Shown here one piece after another: positions 1 through 12,180 of a DNA stretch of 64,000 nt; within the stretch, counting starts at the first letter, position 1; each line of letters begins with the position of its first letter. Source of the DNA: Mobula hypostoma (lineage: Eukaryota); assembly GCF_963921235.1 (NCBI RefSeq), contig NC_086109.1, positions 26,910,001 through 26,974,000 of the forward strand, written 5' to 3'. A program made the translations under genes and the position numbers. Below the pieces are notes generated by a model. The model was not told where the DNA came from. It ran no database searches and saw nothing but the letters and a program-made list of their open reading frames with translations.

Positions 1-671
1 GCTAACCCCTATCGACATCAATGGATCTGGGGTTGAGAGGGTAAACAGCTTTAAATTCTTCAGCATCCATATCACCGAGGACCTCGTGGTCTGTACGACC
101 AGCTGTGTGGTGAGAAAGGCGTAACAATGCCTCTCCTCACCTCAGACAGTTGATGAAGTTTGGTATGGGCCCCCAAATACTAAGAACTTTCTCCAGGAGC
201 ACATTTGCGAGCATCCTGACTGGCTGCATCATTGCCTGGTATGGGAACTGTACCTCCCTTAATCGCAGGACTCTGCAGAGAGTGGTGCGGACAGCCCAGC
301 GCATCTGTAGTTGTGAACTTCCCATGATTCAGGACATTTAGAAGGACAGGTGTGTAAAAAGGGCCCGTAGGATCATTGGACACCCAAGTCGTCCCAACCA
401 CAATCTATTCCAGCTGCTACCACCCAGGAAGCGGTACTGCAGCATAAAAGCCAGGACCAACCGGCTTCGGGACAGCTTCTTACACCAGGAGAAGAACTGA
501 TGAACTCACTCTGATTTGAGTGTACTCAATATTACACTGACTGTTCTATTTATTATAAATTATTATAAATTACTATGACTGCGCATTGCGCATTTAGATA
601 GAGACGTAACATATAGATTTTTACTCCTCATGTATGTGAAGGATATAAGAAATAAAGTAAATTCAATTCAA
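1..671 (+). mobile_element. Rex1/Babar-type LINE, 3' end (RT C-terminus and tail)
   Basis: Translation KFGMGPQILRTF..SILTGCIIAWYGNC..LQRVVRTAQRI resembles the Rex/Babar ORF C-terminus; ends in aataaa plus (attca)n at 651-671. Confidence 0.75.
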
Positions 672-890
672 TGTATTCCACAGATTCACCACCCTCTATC
701 TAAAGAAAATCCTCCTCAACTCTGTTCTAAGGAGCTGTCCTTGTATTCTGAGGCTGTGCCCTGTGGGTCCTAGACTCTCCCAATATTGGAAACGTTCTCT
801 CCGCATCCGTTCTATCTAATCTTTTCAATTAGGCTTATTGTTACTAGATGCAATTTATCTTTGTCATTTTCTGGTCTGTCTTCCATGCAG

Positions 891-1017
891 TGTTGGTGGA
901 ACAGGAGGCTGGTCATCCAAAGGGTGTGAATTAGTCTTCAGGAACGAGAGCCACATCAGTTGCCAGTGTAGTCACATGACCAGCTTTGCCATTCTCATGG
1001 ACATTTCCAGACGCGAG
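891..1017 (+). CDS. CELSR2: CELSR2 exon: GPS motif of the GAIN domain (VGGTGGWSSKGCELVFRNESHISCQCSHMTSFAILMDISRRE)
   Basis: cag|TGTT acceptor, GAG|gtaaat donor, 127 nt; W..GC...C.C.HMTSF GPS signature. Confidence 0.95.
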
Positions 1018-1730
1018 GTAAATCACACCACGCTCTCTGACTGTGGGGCAGGCCTTTTATGTATAAGTATGTCTTAATAACAAGGTAGTCTGAAGTATGT
1101 GGCTTATTTGGATTGTGATGAGATCCATTATATTATTCTTGACATAGCATTCTGGTTCTCATAAGAAGATTGAATGCATATTTGCATAACATTAACATTT
1201 AAATTAAAGTTGATTGAGCTCTTCTGGTATGTTTTGTTTATGTCGCTTTGTGATTTAAAGTGGGAGCTCTGGAATGGTAGTATTTTGTTTTCCTGAGAAA
1301 CTCCAGTGAAGCCCTGAAGCACAAGGCAAACCCGAACCTAAAATAGGTAAATCGAGACAGGATTAAATAGGAAGCAATTAAGCTGCATTAGACTAGAGTT
1401 TTAAAAACCTGAACTATTATTAAGTAGAAGGAAAGGTCAGGGAAAGAATGAATCTATATTTTATACAGAGCCTTTCATAACCTCACACCTGATGAAACAC
1501 TTTGAAGTACGGTCATGGTTGTATTAAAGGTAAATACAGCTGCCAGATTTCCAGTTCCCACAAACAGCGACATTAAACTGACTGGCAAACTTGTTTCAGT
1601 GATATAGGCCACCAAGGGAACTTCTTTACTCCAAATTGTACTAAAGATCACTTGAGTTTCATGCTGAAGTTGAAGATTTCTTGAGAAGCAGCATCCTCTT
1701 AAAAAATGCTACAGCCTTCAGTGGCAATAA

Positions 1731-2142
1731 GATCATAAGACATGGGAGCAGAATTAGACCATTTGGCCCATCGAATCTGCTCCACCATTTGATCATGTCT
1801 GATTTTATATTCCTTCTCAAGCCCATTCTACTGCCTTCTCCCCAATACTTTTTGATGCCCTTACTAATCAAGAACCTATCAATCTCTGCTTTAAATATAC
1901 CAAATAAGCTCCCTCCACAGCCATCTGTGGCAATGAATTCCACAGATTGACCACCCCCTGGCTAAAGAAGTTTCTCCTCATCTCCTTTTTAAAGGGATAG
2001 TCAAGACCATAAGACATAGGAGCAGAATTACACTGATCAGTCTATTGAATCTGCTCTGCCATTTGATCATGGCTGACTTATTTTCCCTCTCAACTACATT
2101 CACCCACCTTCTCCTCTAACCTTTAACGCCCTTACTAATCAA
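1731..2142 (-). mobile_element. Two adjacent CR1 LINE 3' fragments
   Basis: cataagacat(a/g)ggagcagaatta CR1 3' end occurs twice (about 1733 and 2008); minus ORF FKAEIDRFLISKGIK matches the CR1 ORF2 end. Confidence 0.75.
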
Positions 2143-2824
2143 TGCCACACAAAGGGGTTGTCAGCATGATTTGGAAGTTTACAGAGCTAAATAACTATTG
2201 GATTGCTCCACTGTGGGAGTTTTCTTGTCAGATAATTTATTTTTTCACTTGTTTTTCTTTTTGTTTCTAAATCAGAAGGTTGCCGGTTTAAGTCCCACCC
2301 CAGAGACATGAGTACCAGAATCTAAGTGTATACCTGTACTGTATAGAGCTATTTAGGACAGGGGCAATAAAGGGAATGAGCAGAATATGTTGGTCTTCCT
2401 AGTGACATCTAAATCCTGTGAATAAATAAGAAAAGTGCATTCTGAGAGAGTGTGGAGGGAGTCATATGACTGTGGGTTTTTAGATGACGTTTTAAGCTAA
2501 GGTACTGACTGATAAGCATAAAGTATCCCAAAATGCATCTTTGGAAAGGAACAGGATATCCTGGCCAATATTTATTTCTCAATCAACATTACCAAGAAGC
2601 AACCTACTTGGTCACTATTACCATGTGTGCAAAACTTGGTTGTTGCTTTTCCTGCATCATATTACAAATATGATAATCCAACAAAAGTATTCCATGGAAG
2701 AATTCCTTTGTCAGAAGGTCTGGTGAAGATCAATTCTTGCAACAGTTTTGCTCTAATTTATGCTAGCAGTGTATTGCTTGAGTCATCACGTGTACTGGTG
2801 CAATGCATAATAATAAATTATAAA

Positions 2825-3330
2825 TTTAAATTTCAATAAATAAATTTTATTGTCATATTTATAAGTACATCTATGCACATCCTTACAGACACATGGCATC
2901 ATATAAGCAGCATTCACAGAAAGACAAATTATTCACTTTTTTTTCAAGAAAACAAAATTGGATCAAAATAAAACAAATTCCATTTTAGTGCAAAATGACC
3001 AAAATGATCATAGCATTGCTAAACCCCTTTAAGCAATGCTAAAACCTAATCTAAAAGTGATTGGGTTTGTACTGGTTTGTTCAAGAACCGCATGGTTGAA
3101 GGTAAGTAGCTGATGTTGAAACTGGCAGGGGGTGACAGCAGGCTTCTGTACCTCCTGCCTGATGGCTTCTGCAAAAGATAGCATGGTCCAAATAGTAGGA
3201 ACCTTTGGTGATAGGTGTTGCTGTCCTGAGGCATCACCGCCTGCAGATCCCAGCAATGTTGGGGAGGGACGTGTCTGAGATGTACTGGGCAGAGGCCACT
3301 ACTGACTGCAGCTTCTTACATTCTACATGT
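2825..3330 (-). mobile_element. Degenerate Rex/Babar-type LINE 3' fragment
   Basis: Minus ORF PSGRRYRSL...SFNISYLPSTMRFLN; shares the ggcttctgtacctcctgcctgatgg motif with other copies in the window. Confidence 0.6.
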
Positions 3331-3455
3331 GCGCTGACCTATACTATCCCTCCTAGGGCAGGGTTTACAGAATATCTATCTAAAGGGAGCTATGTACGAT
3401 ATACACGTGGTTATATAACTATTGTTTCTGCATTAAATTCCTGTTTTCCACTCAG

Positions 3456-3656
3456 AATGGTGAAATTCTGCCTCTGAAGCTGGTCACCTACTCCACTGTG
3501 GGTGTCACACTCGGTGCCCTGCTGTTGTCCTTTCTGATACTCCTGCTACTGAGGTCCCTTCGCTCAAACCAGCACAGCATTAGCAAGAACATGGTTGTGG
3601 CACTCTTCTTCTCTGAGCTCATCTTTCTCTTTGGCATCAACCAAGCAGATAATCCG
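3456..3656 (+). CDS. CELSR2: CELSR2 exon: TM1-TM2 (NGEILPLKLVTYSTVG...FGINQADNP)
   Basis: ctcag|AATGGT, CCG|gtaagt, 201 nt, phase 0-0. Confidence 0.95.
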
Positions 3657-3889
3657 GTAAGTGTTATCCAATGATGAACAGTTTGGTGTCTGTGGTGGGA
3701 CTGTGAACAACATTGGAGTCCTTACATCAGTAAATGGCTTTGTGTGCAGTCAGTAGAGTATGTTAATGTGCCTTCAAATCTTGCACTTCATTGCACTATA
3801 CAACATACAGTGCCTAGGCCAGTAGATAAATTAATTTTATCGTAACAGGGTCCTCAAAGCATAATGAGTTCAAACCTAATTGTCACATG

Positions 3890-4050
3890 ACAAAAGAGAC
3901 AACAGATTCTCGAATCCAGATCAAAAAAACCCTGGGAAAAACTCAGCGGGTCAAGCTGCGTCTGTGGAGGCAAAAGGTGTTTGACATGAATCTTCCTTAC
4001 ACAAACGTTGCGTGACTGACTTGAGTTCTTCCATCATTCCTTTTTTCCTC
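3890..4050. mobile_element. Degenerate fold-back pair of Penelope-like element tails
   Basis: gaaaaactcagcgggtcaagctgcgtctgtg (minus tail) faces acacaaacgttgcgtgactgacttgagttcttcc (plus tail). Confidence 0.5.
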
Positions 4051-4529
4051 ATCATGATTCAATTTCTCTGAAAATTTTCTTCATTCGATAGATATTGTTT
4101 TATTGTGCCTTCCAAATTCCTCAGGCTGCAATGGCATGAATTCCAAAAGCCAAGTACAAGGCACTGCTACTGCCATACATAGAGGCTGCCAGCGGAAAAC
4201 GAATTTTCATTCAACCATAGTGATGTTTTTTCAGATGTGATCTAATGGTGATACGCCTTACATATGAGAAATGATAACATCAGGCTGCAGATGAATTGTG
4301 AACTTTTTTTCCCAATTTGTTCTGCATGTGTGAATAACATCGTTTTCCATCCCTGCTACTGCTAGAGAATGAAGTTCCCTCTATGTTTTACGGCGAGCGA
4401 TTAAATTCCCATTATTGAACTGTAGATTTAAGTGCAATATAAGACTATGTCTGGGTAAAATACTATGTTAATTAAGGAAAGGAGTTGCGGATTCATGTTT
4501 AGTATAAAGAAAGACACCAGTATCTGTGA

Positions 4530-5065
4530 ACACAAGAGACATCCTGAGCAACACACACAAAATACTCGAGAAACTCTGCAAGTCGGGTCGTATCTATAGA
4601 GAGAAATAAACAGTCAATGTTTTGGGCCAGGACCTTTCATCAGGACTGGAAAGGAAGGGGCCAGAAGCCAGAATAAGAAGTGGGAGGAGTGCAGGCAGGC
4701 AGGAGAGACCTGGTGAGTGGAGAGGGGAGTAAGTAGGTAGAAGAAGTATAGGCTGAAGAAGGATTCTAATAGGACATGACAATGGAATAGGGAAAGGGTG
4801 AGAGAGAGAGAGTGTGAGTAAGTAGACTGAGGAACGGGGGGAGAGAGGGTACAGAAATTGCCGGAAGTTAAAGAAATCTAGACCCATGCCATCAGGTTAG
4901 AGGCTACCTGGACGGAATATGAGGTGTTGCTCCTCTAAACTGTGTTGGCCCTCATTGTGGCAGAAGAGGAGGCCATGGACTGACATGTCAGAATGGGAAT
5001 GGGAAGTCAATTTGAAATAAGTGCACACAGGGAAATCCAGCCTTCTGCAGCAGAAAGAGTGGAAA
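4530..5065 (-). mobile_element. Penelope-like element 3' fragment: GIY-YIG C-terminus, tail and hammerhead remnant
   Basis: Minus ORF HSHSDMSVHGLLFCHNEGQHSLEEQHLIFRPGSL; homologous to 29215-31070 and 48095-48800; hammerhead motif at 4611-4648. Confidence 0.8.
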
Positions 5066-5726
5066 TGTGTTGATCTGTATTTGTGCTTTAAACCTAAGCA
5101 ATGTGGCCCTCTGGTGGTATGATTTACAAACAACAGGAATAATTATTTACAGAAATGGATACCATTTTCAATTCAAATAAAATGTTCTCTAATGTGTACA
5201 ATGTGAAGATATTTTTCAGTCAATTTTCCTATACATGAGGGGAACATATTAAACTAGATTAATTGCTTTAAATATTACCATATTCAAAGAAAGATAAGAA
5301 AATGTCATATGGTCCATCCATTCAACAGAAAACTGGGATACGTGAATAGCAAAGCTCTATGAAATGTAACTTAGAATACTCGAGCTAATACAATTGACAA
5401 CACATTCAATTCTTAACCTCAGAGCCTTGAGTGTAGTTTTGTTGATCTAGACTTCATACCTCACACCTTTACACAGAATATGGAACTTGCTATCATCTGG
5501 AGCAGCTGAGGCCATTAGCACAAATGGATTGAAAGAAATGCTTTTTGAGAGAGGTATGAACAAATGGTTGTGCTGGTTAGATCTGAAGAACTAGTAAGGA
5601 AGGAGTCTTGTTTGGAGCCCGCTTCTATGCTGTAAATTCTAAATGACTCCCAGAGCACTCATATGCACTTAAATACAACAGGTGACATGCAACTGATGTA
5701 CTCCTCTTCTCCTTTGTCTTGCACAG

Positions 5727-5901
5727 TTTGTCTGCACTGTGATTGCTATTCTGCTCCATTTCTTCTATATGTGCACCTTTGCCTGGATGTTCTTGGAGGG
5801 GCTGCACATTTACCGCATGATGAATGAAGTTCGTGATATCAACTATGGCCCTATGAGATTCTACTATATGATTGGTTGGGGTGTTCCTGCCTTCATCACA
5901 G
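5727..5901 (+). CDS. CELSR2: CELSR2 exon: TM3-TM4 (FVCTVIAILLHFFYMCTFAWMFLEGLH...GWGVPAFIT)
   Basis: cacag|TTTGTC, ACAG|gtattt, 175 nt, phase 0-1. Confidence 0.96.
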
Positions 5902-6037
5902 GTATTTGCACTTTATGGTATTTTTGGACTAGATAACCAATTTTCTGCCTTCAGTGAAATAAGCCATACTCCCAACAAAGCACCTACTTTCCAAATTCAA
6001 TTTATACTGAAAATGAATGTGAAATCCTGAACAATAA

Positions 6038-6556
6038 CAGTGCTGGCCAAAAAGTCTTGGCCACATATATATAGCTAGGGTGCTTAAGGCTTTAGCACAG
6101 TACTGTACTTGTCAAAGTGGAGCGGAGAACAAGTTTGTAAATCTGGTGGGAGCAAAGGATGTTGGGAATGGTGAGGATGAAGCGCCACAGGAGGGGTGTG
6201 AGACAGATGGCAGAGAAGGAGTGCCAGGGGGTGAGGGTGCAGTCTCAGCCAGCTTCGAGACACCAGGCAAGGTCATTTGGTTCCAAACAATTGGTTAATT
6301 GATCATTACAGAATGTCTTTGGTGCTTCCTTCTCCCTCCCTCTCCCTTCCCCTTTTCTCAACCATGATTCCCCTCTCCTTGCCCCACCCCACTCAGTCCA
6401 CGATAGAGACCCACATCAGAATCGCATTTATCATCACTCATATACGTCATGAAAATTTGTTTTTTCTTTGTGGCAGCAGTATAGTGCAACACACAAAATT
6501 ACTACATTACTGTGCAAAATTCTTATGCACCCTAAGACTTTTGCACAGCACTATAA
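6038..6556. mobile_element. Composite repeat bounded by short Tc1/mariner-like palindromic units
   Basis: cagtgctggccaaaaagtcttgg...taaggctttagcacagtactgta at 6038-6107 and tactgtgcaaaattcttatgcaccctaagacttttgcacagcacta at 6508-6553; each unit is self-complementary. Confidence 0.5.
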
Positions 6557-6840
6557 AACTAAAATGTAATCAAATTGATTTTATTATTGTATTTCCACAA
6601 TCCATTTACCATTTGTTTTCTGATGTTGTGTATTATCTTTCAACTGTTTGATCTGCTATCCCAAAGAAATCTGTAGAAAAAAGCATGCAGTGATCTTTAG
6701 ACCATTTCCATTTGTACAGGTGTCACAATTTCAGTACATTTGTTTGATTTAGTGCTTCCCCGAGCTACTGGAATAATGAAGCGGTTGCTTTAAATGGACT
6801 TTATCTTTTCATTAATGAACTAATTGACATATGTAATAGG

Positions 6841-9590
6841 ACCATAAGACCCTAATAGATAGGAGCAGAACTAGGCCATTAGGCCTTCACGCCTGCTCTG
6901 TCATTTCACGATGGCTGATCCATTTTCCCTCTCAGTCCCAGTCTCCTGCCTTTTCCCTGTATCCCTTCATGCCCTTGTTAATCAAGAATTTATCAACCTT
7001 TGCCTTAGATATACTTAATGACTTGGCCTCCACAGCCACACCTGGCAATGGATTCCACAGATACACCACTCTCTGACTAAAGAAATTCTTCCTCATCTTC
7101 ATTCTAAAAGGACACCCCTCTATTCTGAGACTGTGTCCTCTGATCTTCTACTCCCATACCATATAAAGCACTGTCTCCACATCCACTCTATTGAGGGCTT
7201 TCAACGTTTTCAGGTTTCAATGAGGTCACCCGTCCTTCTTCTGGATTCCAGTGGTACGGGCCTAGAGCCATCAGACGCTCCTCATATGACAAGCCTTTCA
7301 ATCCCAGAAACATTTTCATGAACCTCCTTTGAATTCTCTCCAAGGCCAGCACATCCTTTCTTAGATGAAAGGCCCAAAATTGCCCATTTCCTTGTCCTGC
7401 ATTACTACCCCTCCAGCATCTTTTTCCAATATCCATTCTTGTCTCTCTTTCACATTTCGTGTATCTGAAGGAACTTTTGGTATCCTCTTTAATATTATTA
7501 ACCAGCTTACTTTCGTACTCCATCTTTTCCTTCTTAATGCCTTTTTAGTTACCTTCTGTTGGTCTTTAAAAGCTTCCCAATCCTCTAGCTTCCCACTATT
7601 TTTTTGCTCTATTCTCTGCCCTCTCTTTTACTTTTATGTTGGCTTTCACTTCTCTTGTTAGCTATGGTTGTGTCATCGTTCCTTTAGAGTACTTCTTCCT
7701 CTTTGGGATTAATATATCCTGCACCTTCCAGGTTGATTCAAGAAACTCCAGTCATTGCTGCTCTGCCGTCATCCCTGCCAGTGTTCTTTACCAATCAATT
7801 TTGGCCATCTCCACGCTCATCCCTCTGTAAATCCCTTGACTTGACTGTATTAACAATACATCAGACTTTAGCTTCTCCTTCTCAAATTGCAGGGTGAATT
7901 CTATCTTATTATGATCCCTGGGCCTTATGGGTTCCTTTACCTAAAGCACTCTAATCAATTCTGGGGTCATGGCACAACACCCAATCCAGAATAGCTGATC
8001 CCCTAGTGGGCTCAACCATGAACTGCTCTGAAAAACCTTCTCATAGTCATTTTAGAAATGCCCCTACTTGGGACCCAGCACCAACAAGATACCCTATTAC
8101 TTATACTGCATGTGTTCAAATATAACACCTTCAATCCTGTATTCACCGTTTTTGATTTTGTCCAGCTTTTACATAGAACTTATTGTGTTGACTGCAATTT
8201 TGCCCTATCTTCAGTCTCTCCTTGCTAGCAGTCTCACTACACACTACCTGTTTGTAAACCAGCTACCTCATCCTCAGCACTATCACTCTGGTTCCCATCC
8301 TGCTGCCAAATTAGTTTAAACACAACCCCCACCCCCATCCCCGAACACCTCCAGCAAACCTGCCCTCAAGGATATTGGTTCCCCTTAGGTTCAGGTGTAG
8401 CCCATCTCTTTTGTACAGGTTAGACATTCCCCAGAAGAGATCCCAATGATCCATAATTCTGAACCCCTGCCCCCTACACCAGTTCCCCAGGCCTGCATTC
8501 TCCTGCCAAATCATCCTATTCTTACCCTCATTGGCACATGGCGCAGGCAGCAATCCAGAGATGACTATCCTTGAGGTCCTGGAGCTTTCTACCTAGCTCC
8601 CTGTAATCTCTCTTCAAGACCTGCTCACCTTGTCTCCTAATGTCATTTGTATCAATATGTACCAAGACTTCTGGCTGTACAACCTTGCCCTTGAGAACAG
8701 CATGGACCAGATCCAAGACATCCTTCATCCTGGCACCAGGGAGGCAACATGCCATTGGGTGTCTCCATTGTCCTCACAGAACCTCATCTCTGTTCCTCTG
8801 ATAGGGAATCTCCTATCAACACTGCAGTCCTCTCTGCTCTTCTGAGCCACAACACCAGACTCAGTGCCAGAGACCCAGTCACTGTAGTTTTGCATGCCGC
8901 CCGCCGCCCCCCCCCCGCCCCCGGCCCTGCCAGTAGGTCATCTCTCTCAATGGTATCTAAAGTTGGATACGTATTACTGAGGGGAATGGCCGCAGGTGTA
9001 CCCTGCACTCGTTGTGCACTTCCTCTCCTCCTGTCTCCTGCAGTTACCTGTCTCCTGCAATCTAACTGTGACTACCTCCTGTAGCTCCCATCTGTCACCT
9101 CTTCATTCTCCCGTATGAGCCAAAGGTCATCAAGCTGCAGCTCTGCTTCCTCAATAGGTTCTCTCAGGAGCTGCAGCTCAGTGCACCTGGTGTAAATGTG
9201 TTATCCGGGAGACTGGAGGTCTCCCAGAATTCCCACATCTCACACGTAGTACAAAACTCTGCCCTGGAGCCATTCTTACTACACTGCTGTGCCCTAACGG
9301 ATGAGGAATGAAGAATAAAGAACAAAAAGAGAAACTTGCTAGATACTTTACCTCGCCCGATCCTGATCTCATCCAAGCCTGATGAGCCAAAGCCACTCCA
9401 AACACTGGTCCACTTACAGCAATGGCTGCTCCACTTGCACTTGTGTTATTTTTATTCACCCTTGCAAATGAATCCTGCTCGGTGATTGGTCACAGTCTAA
9501 CTCTGAGCAACTACCACAAAGTCCTGCCTTTTTAATCTTGAGCACCGACCTGACTCTTCATGTACTTCTGCTTGACGATTGGTCGCAATA
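6841..9590 (-). mobile_element. Internally deleted CR1 LINE keeping its 5' region, ORF1 (Cys motif and SGNH esterase), ORF2 fragments and 3' end
   Basis: Minus-strand CTTCEMWE, VLIGDS and YKRDGLHLN; ORF2 pieces LERIQRRF..GLSYEERL; CR1 3' end at about 6841-6900. Confidence 0.8.
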
Positions 9591-10924
9591 CTCTACCTCT
9601 TTGTAATAATCAAATAAATTGGCAAGCAAAAATAGCATGCATTTAGCTTGGTCCTGTTCTTTATCCATTTCAATTAATTAAAATGTAGTTTGAACCACCC
9701 ACACTCCATTAACCATCTTGTGAGAGATGGGGCCCTGTGGTCACTGTGACATGAGAGTGGTTTGTCGTTAAATGTTGGTTCTGCTAAAGGAGATGGAGAG
9801 ATCACTGTATAGAATTATGTAGATGAAGCTTGTCTTTAGTTGTTAGTTCAAAAGTATGTAAGTTGGATAGATAGATATTTTATTGATCCCAAAGGAAAAT
9901 TACTTCTCAAAGGAAGTTGTACTGACTTCCATACCTTATTGTTGAAATCAAACCGATGGAGATGAATACAGTTGGCTGCTGATAGTTTAGCATGGATTTA
10001 AAATGAGCAGCTGAAAATGAATTTCTCTGCATGATCTGCAAAATCCATGACCGTAGCCAGGATGATTTCAAAAGCATTCAACAATGTTTGTGCTATTCAA
10101 TGAAGTTTAAGGATGAATCTGCCAAAGTTGCATGTAGTTGTCTGGTCCTTTCCTTGGATTTCATGATAATATTGCATAGCAGAACCCCTCATGATATTCC
10201 ACAATGTCACCAACCCACTCACGTTCTGAAGTTGTCTCACGAATTTTCCGTGATCGGGTATTTAGAACAGTATAGCACTGAATGAGCCTTCATCCCATGA
10301 TGTTGTAATGACTTTTGTAAACCTACTCCACGATCAATATACATTTCCCTCCTACACAGCCCATAACACTCCATTTTGTTTTTTTACATCCAAGTGCCTG
10401 CTGAAGAGTCTCTTAAATACCATTCTTGTGTCAGCCTCTACCACTACCCTTGGTAGTGCATTCCCAGCATTCAGCACTCCCATTGTGAAAAAAACTACGT
10501 TGGGTATCTCCCTTAGACTTTACTTAAAATGATGTCCTCTGGTACTGACAATTGATGTTCTGGGGAAATTTACTGACATTTCATATTGCTGATCTTTGTT
10601 ACCCAAGAACTATACTGAAGATAGTTGAATTTCGTTGTGGTTGTTGCATCTTTTCCCACAAAAATCACCATTATTAATCAGGTTGGAACTTCCAGCAGGC
10701 CTATCATATTCTCAGGTGTTTGATGGGTGAAGTAGCAGGTTCTGGTTCCAAAGCTGGCGTGGCAGGAGAAGAAATTCAGGGAAAAGAGAGCCTGCTTCTA
10801 TTACTGGAATTTCTTAGGAAAGCACAAGAACATGGTAAAAATGGTGTCCCTCTCACTTTGCTCCTTACTGCCTGTGCCACAGTGGTCTGCACTCTTAAGT
10901 TCAACACTAACCTCCTCTAATGCA

Positions 10925-11060
10925 AACTATCGGTGTCTCGGGTTGATTATTTGGAAGTTTGGTTGATCACCGAGCTTGGCAAAATGTTTGCAGCCATTTC
11001 AGCTGCAGTTGAGAAGCCATCATCAGTGTGCACATGAGGGTGTTGTCTCCTCAGAGTGCG
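10925..11060 (-). mobile_element. Short repeat remnant carrying a second hammerhead-type motif (probably another Penelope-like family)
   Basis: Minus strand reads CACA-CTGATGA-T-GGCT..AGCT-GAAA-TGGC-TGCA at 10989-11032. Confidence 0.55.
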
Positions 11061-11159
11061 GGGTCATATACTCCAGGGTCCGAATGGAAAAGTAACATCC
11101 TCTGTTTTCACCTGTTGTGGTCTAAACATTGCTTCTTTTGATTCTGACTCCTCTTGCAG

Positions 11160-11272
11160 GCTTGGCTGTTGGCCTTGATCCCGAGGGTTACGGTAATCCT
11201 GATTTCTGCTGGCTTTCCATCTATGACACCTTGATATGGAGCTTTGCAGGCCCCATATCTGCAGCAGTCTCT
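11160..11272 (+). CDS. CELSR2: CELSR2 exon: ECL2-TM5 (GLAVGLDPEGYGNPDFCWLSIYDTLIWSFAGPISAAVS)
   Basis: tgcag|GCTTG, TCT|gtaagt, 113 nt, phase 1-0. Confidence 0.96.
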
Positions 11273-11519
11273 GTAAGTCTTAAAATTTGTTCTTGCATCA
11301 TCAAATCTATTCTACAAGAACCGATCTGATATATGACACTGTCAGACTTTTTGCTATTGAGGGATGGTCACCTTAGTAGATATTGAAACAGATTCTCCAT
11401 GGGATTTTGAAATAGATTTTGTAGCTGATTTGAAGTTAGTAGCTATTATTATAATGGTCTACCACATATAATGTCAATGCAGAAACAGGAAACAGGCCAC
11501 TAATCCCATTGTTCTATAA

Positions 11520-11870
11520 AAATCAAAGCAAATTTATTATTTATATATATGTTACTATATACTACCTTGAGATAATTGTTCTTGGGGGCTTTTACAGGAA
11601 AATATAGAAATACAATAGAATTTTTGAAAAAAAAATATATGCATAAATACTGACAAACAACCAATGTGTGTAACAGAACACATTGTGCAAATAAAGTAAT
11701 TAATACTGAGAACGTGCGTTGTAAAGTTGTTGAAAGTGAGCCTGTAGGTTGTGGAATCAGTTCCAAGTTGTGATGAGTGAAGTTCAGGAGCCTGATGGTT
11801 GTAGGGTAATAACCAGTAGTGTGAGACCTAAAGCTCCTGTGTTTCTTGCCGGATGGTAGTAGTGATATAG
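11520..11870 (-). mobile_element. Rex/Babar-type LINE 3' fragment
   Basis: Minus ORF LLPSGKKHRSFRSHTT..YYPTTIRLLN; near-parallel copy at 17685-18020. Confidence 0.65.
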
Positions 11871-12180
11871 TCATGATTTGCTGCTAATTCAGACTTGCTG
11901 AACCCTCCGACCTTTTAAAACTCCTCACTTCCGCTTATTAGAATTTGACGCATCATAGAGTATTGCATGTAGATAGAATGTATACCTAATTGTTTCCACA
12001 TTTAAATCCCATCAACTCCCTTTATCACGTAAGTGCAAGCACAGAAAATTTTGTTTTACCAAGTCTCCATGCTTTACAAGGCCAACAAAGCACTATTTAC
12101 TCCTTGCCCAAGTGCTCTCTAACTGTTCCATTCCTAGTTAGGCTTATTTCCGTTTTAGGTTTCACATTCTGCGACATTTC

